Below, one piece after another: positions 53,401 through 64,000 of a DNA stretch of 64,000 nucleotides. The stretch's first letter is position 1, and each line of letters begins with the position of its first letter. The position numbers and the translations under genes are program-made. The notes under the pieces were generated by a model. That model ran no database searches. It saw only the letters and a program-made list of their open reading frames with translations, and was not told where the DNA came from. This stretch comes from Eledone cirrhosa (Eukaryota). The stretch spans positions 400,148,001 through 400,212,000 of the forward strand of contig OZ024741.1 in NCBI GenBank assembly GCA_964016885.1, given 5' to 3'.

Positions 53401-56400
53401 GTGACTTAAGGTCCACTCTATATATTTGATATCAATGTTATATACACATTAAGACAAGTAATGCTATGTTGTGTGACTTAAGGTCCACTCTATATATTTG
53501 ATATCAATGTTATATAGACATTAAGACAAGTAATGCTATGTTGTGTGACTTAAGGTCCACTCTATATATTTGATATCAATGTTATATAAACATTAAGACA
53601 TGTAATGCTATGTTGTGTGACTTAAGGTCCACTCTATATATTTGATATCAATGTTATATACACATTAAGACATGTAATGCTATGTTGTGTGACTTAAGGT
53701 CCACTCTATATATTTGATATCAATATTCTATACACATTAAGACAAGTAATGCTATGTTGTGTGACTTAAGGTCCACTCTATATATTTGATATCAATGTTA
53801 TATAGACATTAAGACAAGTAATGCTATGTTGTGTGACTTAAGGTCCACTCTATATATTTGATATCAATGTTATATACACATTAAGACAAGTAATGCTATG
53901 TTGTGTGGCTTAAGGTCCATTCTATATATTTGATATCAATGTTATATACACATTAAGACATGTAATGCTATGTTGTGTGGCTTAAGGTCCACTCTATATA
54001 TTTGATATCAATGTTATATACACATTAAGACAAGTAATGCTATGTTGTGTGGCTTAAGGTCCATTCCATATATTTGATATCAATGTTATATACACATTAA
54101 GACATGTAATGCTATGTTGTGTGGCTTAAGGTCCACTCTATATATTTGATATCAATGTTATATACACATTAAGACATGTAATGCTATGTTGTGTGACTTA
54201 AGGTCCACTCTATATATTTGATATCAATGTTATATACACATTAAGACAAGTAATGCTATGTTGTGTGACTTAAGGTCCACTCTATATATTTGATATTAAT
54301 GTTATATAGACATGTACTGCTATGTTGTGTGACTTAGGGTCACTCTATATATTTGATATCAATGTTATATACACATTAAGACATGTAATGCTATGTTGTG
54401 TGACTTAAGGTCCACTCTATATATTTGATATCAATGTTATATACACATTAAGACAAGTAATGCTATGTTGTGTGACTTAAGGTCCACTCTATATATTTGA
54501 TATCAATGTTATATACACATTAAGACATGTAATGCTATGTTGTGTGACTTAAGGTCCACTCTATATATTTGATATTAATGTTATATAGACATGTAATGCT
54601 ATGTTGTGTGACTTAAGGTACACTCTATATATTTGATATCAATGTTATATACACATTAAGACATGTAATGCTATGTTGTGTGACTTAAGGTCCACTCTAT
54701 ATATTTGATATCAATGTTATATACACATTAAGACATGTAATGCTATGTTGTGTGACTTAAGGTCCACTCTATATATTTGATATCAATGTTATATACACAT
54801 TAAGACAAGTAATGCTATGTTGTGTGACTTAAGGTCCACTCTATATATTTGATATCAATGTTATATACACATTAAGACAAGTAATGCTATGTTGTGTGAC
54901 TTAAGGTCCACTCTATATATTTGATATCAATGTTATATACACATTAAGACATGTAATGCTATGTTGTGTGACTTAAGGTCCACTCTATATATTTGATATC
55001 AATGTTATATACACATTAAGACATGTAATGCTATGTTGTGTGACTTAAGGTCCACTCTATATATTTGATATCAATGTTATATAGACATTAAGACAAGTAA
55101 TGCTATGTTGTGTGACTTAAGGTCCACTCTATATATTTGATATTAATGTTATATACACATTAAGACAAGTAATGCTATGTTGTGTGACTTAAGGTCCACT
55201 CTATATATTTGATATCAATGTTATATACACATTAAGACAAGTAATGCTATGTTGTGTGACTTAAGGTCCACTCTAGATATTTGATATCAATGTTATATAC
55301 ACATTAAGACAAGTAATGCTATGTTGTGTGGCTTAAGGTCCATTCTATATATTTGATATCAATGTTATATACACATTAAGACAAGTAATGCTATGTTGTG
55401 TGACTTAAGGTCCACTCTATATATTTGATATCAATGTTATATACACATTAAGACATGTAATGCTATGTTGTGTGACTTAAGGTCCACTCTATATATTTGA
55501 TATCAATGTTATATACACATTAAGACAAGTAATGCTTTGTTGTGTGACTTAAGGTCCACTCTATATATTTGATATCACTGTTATATACACATTAAGACAA
55601 GTAATGCTATGTTGTGTGACTTAAGGTCCACTCTATATATTTGATATCAATGTTATATACACATTAAGACATGTAATGCTATGTTGTGTGACTTAAGGTC
55701 CACTCTATATATTTGATATCAATGTTATATACACATTAAGACATGTAATGCTATGTTGTGTGACTTAAGGTCCACTCTATATATTTGATATCAATGTTAT
55801 ATACACATTAAGACAAGTAATGCTATGTTGTGTGGCTTAAGGTCCATTCTATATATTTGATATCAATGTTATATACACATTAAGACATGTAATGCTATGT
55901 TGTGTGACTTAAGGTCCACTCTATATATTTGATATCAATGTTATATACACATTAAGACATGTAATGCTATGTTGTGTGACTTAAGGTCCACTCTATATAT
56001 TTGATATCATTGTTATATACACATTAAGACAAGTAATGCTATGTTGTGTGACTTAAGGTCCACTCTATATATTTGATATCAATGTTATATACACATTAAG
56101 ACAAGTAATGCTATGTTGTGTGACTTAAGGTCCACTCTATATATTTGATATCAATGTTATATACACATTAAGACAAGTAATGCTATGTTGTGTGGCTTAA
56201 GGTCCATTCTATATATTTGATATCAATGTTATATACACATTAAGACAAGTAATGCTATGTTGTGTGACTTAAGGTCCACTCTATATATTTGATATCAATG
56301 TTATATACACATTAAGACATGTAATGCTATGTTGTGTGACTTAAGGTCCACTCTATATATTTGATATCAATGTTATATACACATTAAGACAAGTAATGCT

Positions 56401-59400
56401 TTGTTGTGTGACTTAAGGTCCACTCTATATATTTGATATCACTGTTATATACACATTAAGACAAGTAATGCTATGTTGTGTGACTTAAGGTCCACTCTAT
56501 ATATTTGATATCAATGTTATATACACATAAAGACAAGTAATGCTATGTTGTGTGACTTAAGGTCCACTCTATATATTTGATATGAATGTTATATACACAT
56601 TAAGACATGTAATGCTATGTTGTGTGGCTTAAGGTCCACTCTATATATTTGATATCAATGTTATATACACATTAAGACAAGTAATGCTATGTTGTGTGAC
56701 TTAAGGTCCACTCTATATATTTGATATCAATGTTATATACACATTAAGACATGTAATGCTATGTTGTGTGACTTAAGGTCCACTCTATATATTTGATATC
56801 AATGTTATATACACATTAAGACATGTAATGCTATGTTGTGTGACTTAAGGTCCACTCTATATATTTGATATCAATGTTATATACACATTAAGACATGTAA
56901 TGCTATGTTGTGTGACTTAAGGTCCACTCTATATATTTGATATCAAAGTTATATACACATTAAGACATGTAATGCTATGTTGTGTGACTTAAGGTCCACT
57001 CTAAATATTTGATATCAATGTTATATACACATTAAGACATGTAATGCTATGTTGTGTGACTTAAGGTCCACTCTATATATTTGATATCAATGTTATATAC
57101 ACATTAAGACATGTAATGCTATGTTGTGTGACTTAAGGTCCACTCTATATATTTAATATCATTGTTATATACACATTAAGACAAATAATGCTATGTTGTG
57201 TGACTTAAGGTCCACTCTATATATTTGATATCAATGTTATATACACATTAAGACAAGTAATGCTATGTTGTGTGACTTAAGGTCCACTCTATATATTTGA
57301 TATCAATGTTATATACACATTAAGACAAGTAATGCTATGTTGTGTGGCTTAAGGTCCATTCTATATATTTGATATCAATGTTATATACACATTAAGACAT
57401 GTAATGCTATGTTGTGTGGCTTAAGGTCCACTCTATATATTTGATATCAATGTTATATACACATTAAGACAAGTAATGCAATGTTGTGTGGCTTAAGGTC
57501 CATTCCATATATTTGATATCAATGTTATATACACATTAAGACATGTAATGCTATGTTGTGTGGCTTAAGGTCCACTCTATATATTTGATATCAATGTTAT
57601 ATACACATTAAGACATGTAATGCTATGTTGTGTGACTTAAGGTCCACTCTATATATTTGATATCGATGTTATATACACATTAAGACAAGTAATGCTATGT
57701 TGTGTGACTTAAGGTCCACTCTATATATTTGATATCAATGTTATATACACATTAAGACATGTAATGCTATGTTGTGTGACTTAAGGTCCACTCTATATAT
57801 TTGATATCAATGTTATATACACATTAAGACAAGTAATGCTATGTTGTGTGACTTAAGGTCCACTCTATATATTTGATATCAATGTTATATACACATTAAG
57901 ACAAGTAATGCTATGTTGTGTGACTTAAGGTCCACTCTATATATTTGATATCAATGTTATATACACATTAAGACATGTAATGCTATGTTGTGTGACTTAA
58001 GGTCCACTCTATATATTTGATATCAATGTTATATACACATTAAGACAAGTAATGCTTTGTTGTGTGACTTAAGGTCCACTCTATATATTTGATATCATTT
58101 TTATATACACATTAAGACAAGTAATGCTATATTGTGTGACTTAAGGTCCACTCTATATATTTGATATCAATGTTATATACACATTAAGACAAGTAATGCT
58201 ATGTTGTGTGACTTAAGGTCCACTCTATATATTTGATATCAATGTTATATACACATTAAGACATGTAATGCTATGTTGTGTGACTTAAGGTCCACTCTAT
58301 ATATTTGATATCAATGTTATATACACATTAAGACAAGTAATGCTTTGTTGTGTGACTTAAGGTCCACTCTATATATTTGATATCACTGTTATATACACAT
58401 TAAGACAAGTAATGCTATGTTGTGTGACTTAAGGTCCACTCTATATATTTGATATCAATGTTATATACACATAAAGACAAGTAATGCTATGTTGTGTGAC
58501 TTAAGGTCCACTCTATATATTTGATATCAATGTTATATACACATTAAGACATGTAATGCTATGTTGTGTGGCTTAAGGTCCACTCTATATATTTGATATC
58601 AATGTTATATACACATTAAGACAAGTAATGCTATGTTGTGTGACTTAAGGTCCACTCTATATATTTGATATCAATGTTATATACACATTAAGACATGTAA
58701 TGCTATGTTGTGTGACTTAAGGTCCACTCTATATATTTGATATCAATGTTATATACACATTAAGACATGTAATGCTATGTTGTGTGACTTAAGGTCCACT
58801 CTATATATTTGATATCAATGTTATATACACATTAAGACATGTAATGCTATGTTGTGTGACTTAAGGTCCACTCTATATATTTGATATCAATGTTATATAC
58901 ACATTAAGACAAGTAATGCTATGTTGTGTGACTTAAGGTCCACTCTATATATTTGATATCAATGTTATATACACATTAAGACAAGTAATGCTATGTTGTG
59001 TGGCTTAAGGTCCACTCTATATATTTGATATCAATGTTATATACACATTAAGACATGTAATGCTATGTTGTGTGACTTAAGGTCCACTCTATATATTTGA
59101 TATCAATGTTATATACACATTAAGACATGTAATGCTATGTTGTGTGACTTAAGGTCCACTCTATATATTTGATATCAATGTTATATACACATTAAGACAA
59201 GTAATGCTATGTTGTGTGACTTAAGGTCCACTCTATATATTTGATATCAATGTTATATACACATTAAGACAAGTAATGCTATGTTGTGTGGCTTAAGGTC
59301 CACTCTATATATTTGATATTAATGTTATATACACATTAAGACAAATAATGCTATGTTGTGTGACTTAAGGTCCACTCTATATATTTGATATCAATGTTAT

Positions 59401-62400
59401 ATACACATTAAGACAAGTAATACTATGTTGTGTGACTTAAGGTCCACTCTATATATTTGATATCAATGTTATATACACATTAAGACGAGTAATGCTATGT
59501 TGTGTGACTTAAGGTCCACTCTATATATTTGATATCAATGTTATATACACATTAAGACATGTAATGCTATGTTGTGTGACTTAAGGTCCACTCTATATAT
59601 TTGATATCATTGTTATATACACATTAAGACAAGTAATGCTATGTTGTGTGACTTAAGGTCCACTCTATATATTTGATATCAATGTTATATACACATTAAG
59701 ACAAGTAATGCTATGTTGTGTGACTTAAGGTCCACTCTATATATTTGATATCAATGTTATATACACATTAAGACAAGTAATGCTATGTTGTGTGGCTTAA
59801 GGTCCATTCTATATATTTGATATCAATGTTATATACACATTAAGACAAGTAATGCTATGTTGTGTGACTTAAGGTCCACTCTATATATTTGATATCAATG
59901 TTATATACACATTAAGACAAGTAATGCTATGTTGTGTGACTTAAGGTCCACTCTATATATTTGATATCAATGTTATATACACATTAAGACAAGTAATGCT
60001 ATGTTGTGTGACTTAAGGTCCACTCTATATATTTGATATCAATGTTATATACACATTAAGACAAGTAATGCTATGTTGTGTGGCTTAAGGTCCATTCTAT
60101 ATATTTGATATCAATGTTATATACACATTAAGACAAGTAATGCTATGTTGTGTGACTTAAGGTCCACTCTATATATTTGATATCAATGTTATATACACAT
60201 TAAGACAAGTAATGCTTTGTTGTGTGACTTAAGGTCCACTCTATATATTTGATACCACTGTTATATACACATTAAGACAAGTAATGCTATGTTGTGTGAC
60301 TTAAGGTCCACTCTATATATTTGATATCAATGTTATATACACATAAAGACAAGTAATGCTATGTTGTGTGACTTAAGGTCCACTCTATATATTTGATATC
60401 AATGTTATATACACATTAAGACATGTAATGCTATGTTGTGTGGCTTAAGGTCAACTCTATATATTTGATATCAATGTTATATACACATTAAGACAAGTAA
60501 TGCTATGTTGTGTGACTTAAGGTCCACTCTATATATTTAATATCAATGTTATATACACATTAAGACAAGTAATGCTATGTTGTGTGACTTAAGGTCCACT
60601 CTATATATTTGATATCAATGTTATATACACATAAAGACAAGTAATGCTATGTTGTGTGACTTAAGGTCCACTCTATATATTTGATATCAATGTTATATAC
60701 ACATTAAGACAAATAATGCTATGTTGTGTGACTTAAGGTCCACTCTATATATTTGATATCAATGTTATATACACATTAAGACAAGTAATGCTATGTTGCG
60801 TGACTTAAGGTCCACTCTATATATTTGATATCAATGTTATATACACATTAAGACATGTAATGCTATGTTGTGTGACTTAAGATCCACTCTATATATTTGA
60901 TATCAATGTTATATACACATTACGACAAGTAATGCTATGTTGTGTGACTTAAGGTCCACTCTATATATTTGATATCAATGTTATATACACAATAACAGTT
61001 AATACTATGTTGTGTGACTTAAGGTCCACTCTATATATTTGATATCAATGTTATATACACATTAAGACATGTAATGCTATGTTGTGTGACTTAAGGTCCA
61101 CTCTATATATTTGATATCAATGTTATATACACATTAAGACATGTAATGCTATGTTGTGTGACTTAAGGTCCACTCTATATATTTGATATCAATGTTATAT
61201 ACACATTAAGACATGTAATGCTATGTTGTGTGACTTAAGGTCCACTCTATATATTTGATATCAATGTTATATACACATTAAGACAAGTAATGCTATGTTG
61301 TGTGACTTAAGGTCCACTCTATATATTTGATATCAATGTTATATACACATTAAGACAAGTAATGCTTTGTTGTGTGACTTAAGGTCCACTCTATATATTT
61401 GATATCACTGTTATATACACATTAAGACAAGTAATGCTATGTTGTGTGACTTAAGGTCCACTCTATATATTTGATATCAATGTTATATACACATAAAGAC
61501 AAGTAATGCTATGTTGTGTGACTTAAGGTCCACTCTATATATTTGATATCAATGTTATATACACATTAAGACATGTAATGCTATGTTGTGTGGCTTAAGG
61601 TCAACTCTATATATTTGATATCAATGTTATATACACATTAAGACAAGTAATGCTATGTTGTGTGACTTAAGGTCCACTCTATATATTTAATATCAATGTT
61701 ATATACACATTAAGACAAGTAATGCTATGTTGTGTGACTTAAGGTCCACTCTATATATTTGATATCAATGTTATATACACATAAAGACAAGTAATGCTAT
61801 GTTGTGTGACTTAAGGTCCACTCTATATATTTGATATCAATGTTATATACACATTAAGACAAATAATGCTATGTTGTGTGACTTAAGGTCCACTCTATAT
61901 ATTTGATATCAATGTTATATACACATTAAGACAAGTAATGCTATGTTGCGTGACTTAAGGTCCACTCTATATATTTGATATCAATGTTATATCCACATTA
62001 AGACATGTAATGCTATGTTGTGTGACTTAAGATCCACTCTATATATTTGATATCAATGTTATATACACATTAAGACAAGTAATGCTATGTTGTGTGACTT
62101 AAGGTCCACTCTATATATTTGATATCAATGTTATATACACATTAAGACAAGTAATGCTATGTTGTGTGGCTTAAGGTCCACTCTATATATTTGATATTAA
62201 TGTTATATACACATTAAGACAAGTAATGCTATGTTGTGTGACTTAAGGTCCACTCTATATATTTGATATCAATGTTATATACACATTAAGACATGTAATG
62301 CTATGTTGTGTGACTTAAGGTCCACTCTATATATTTGATATCAATGTTATATACACATTAAGACAAGTAATGCTATGTTGTGTGACTTAAGGTCCACTCT

Positions 62401-64000
62401 ATATATTTGATATCAATGTTATATACACATTAAGACAAGTAATGCTATGTTGTGTGGCTTAAGGTCCACTCTATATATTTGATATTAATGTTATATACAC
62501 ATTAAGACAAATAATGCTATGTTGTGTGACTTAAGGTCCACTCTATATATTTGATATCAATGTTATATACACATTAAGACAAGTAATACTATGTTGTGTG
62601 ACTTAAGGTCCACTCTATATATTTGATATCAATGTTATATACACATTAAGACGAGTAATGCTATGTTGTGTGACTTAAGGTCCACTCTATATATTTGATA
62701 TCAATGTTATATACACATTAAGACAAGTAATGCTATGTTGTGTGGCTTAAGGTCCACTCTATATATTTGATATTAATGTTATATACACATTAAGACAAGT
62801 AATGCTATGTTGTGTGACTTAAGGTCCACTCTATATATTTGATATCAATGTTATATACACATTAAGACAAGTAATGCTTTGTTGTGTGACTTAAGGTCCA
62901 CTCTATATATTTGATATCACTGTTATATACACATTAAGACAAGTAATGCTATGTTGTGTGACTTAAGGTCCACTCTATATATTTGATATCAATGTTATAT
63001 ACACATAAAGACAAGTAATGCTATGTTGTGTGACTTAAGGTCCACTCTATATATTTGATATCAATGTTATATACACATTAAGACATGTAATGCTATGTTG
63101 TGTGGCTTAAGGTCAACTCTATATATTTGATATCAATGTTATATACACATTAAGACAAGTAATGCTATGTTGTGTGACTTAAGGTCCACTCTATATATTT
63201 AATATCAATGTTATATACACATTAAGACAAGTAATGCTATGTTGTGTGACTTAAGGTCCACTCTATATATTTGATATCAATGTTATATACACATAAAGAC
63301 AAGTAATGCTATGTTGTGTGACTTAAGGTCCACTCTATATATTTGATATCAATGTTATATACACATTAAGACAAATAATGCTATGTTGTGTGACTTAAGG
63401 TCCACTCTATATATTTGATATCGATGTTATATACACATTAAGACAAGTAATGCTATGTTGCGTGACTTAAGGTCCACTCTATATATTTGATATCAATGTT
63501 ATATCCACATTAAGACATGTAATGCTATGTTGTGTGACTTAAGATCCACTCTATATATTTGATATCAATGTTATATACACATTAAGACAAGTAATGCTAT
63601 GTTGTGTGACTTAAGGTCCACTCTATATATTTGATATCAATGTTATATACACAATAACAGTTAATACTATGTTGTGTGACTTAAGGTCCACTCTATATAT
63701 TTGATATCAATGTTATATACACATTAAGACAAATAATGCTATGTTGTGTGACTTAAGGTCCACTCTATATATTTGATATCAATGTTATATACACATTAAG
63801 ACAAGTAATACTATGTTGTGTGACTTAAGGTCCACTCTATATATTTGATATCAATGTTATATACACATTAAGACAAGTAATGCTATGTTGTGTGACTTAA
63901 GGTCCACTCTATATATTTGATATCAATGTTATATACACATTAAGACAAGTAATGCTATGTTGTGTGGCTTAAGGTCCACTCTATATATTTGATATTAATG
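35451..64000. repeat. 72-bp AT-rich tandem satellite, about 397 units, running off the window end
   Basis: Unit acattaagacaWgtaatgctatgttgtgtgacttaaggtccactctatatatttgatatcaatgttatatac. The period is 72 (35451, 35523, ...), with minor 63-71 bp variants. Confidence 0.99.

Noticed and set aside
35451-64000. CRISPR array
   Set aside because: Units are contiguous near-identical repeats with no unique spacers. There are no cas genes and the context is eukaryotic.
35451-64000. Tandem tRNA genes or a 24-aa repeat protein
   Set aside because: There is no A/B box, T-loop or acceptor stem. The consensus has stops in every frame checked, the ORF track lists nothing here, and frameshifting variants are tolerated.

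Overview
This is repeat-saturated animal DNA with no recognisable host gene. The SINE and LINE repertoire resembles that of octopods (recalled, not searched). Positions 1-35.4 kb are a mosaic of RTE LINEs with a PHD-like zinc finger after the RT core, a CR1-clade LINE, a Gypsy integrase end plus LTR, an internally deleted Helitron, pogo- and piggyBac-type MITEs, tRNA-derived SINEs and many (TA)n/(CA)n microsatellites. Most (TA)n runs carry a Penelope-like (Naiad-type) insertion, and about 16 hammerhead-ribozyme (HHR) motifs can be read by eye. These insertions share a head-to-head architecture with one short arm and one tailed arm, and a conserved hairpin in the tail. Two passengers use the same insertion mode: a tRNA-like element and a structured RNA of unknown class. 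Positions 35.45-64 kb are an uninterrupted 72-bp satellite with layered higher-order duplications. Coordinates were read by eye and may be off by a few bases.
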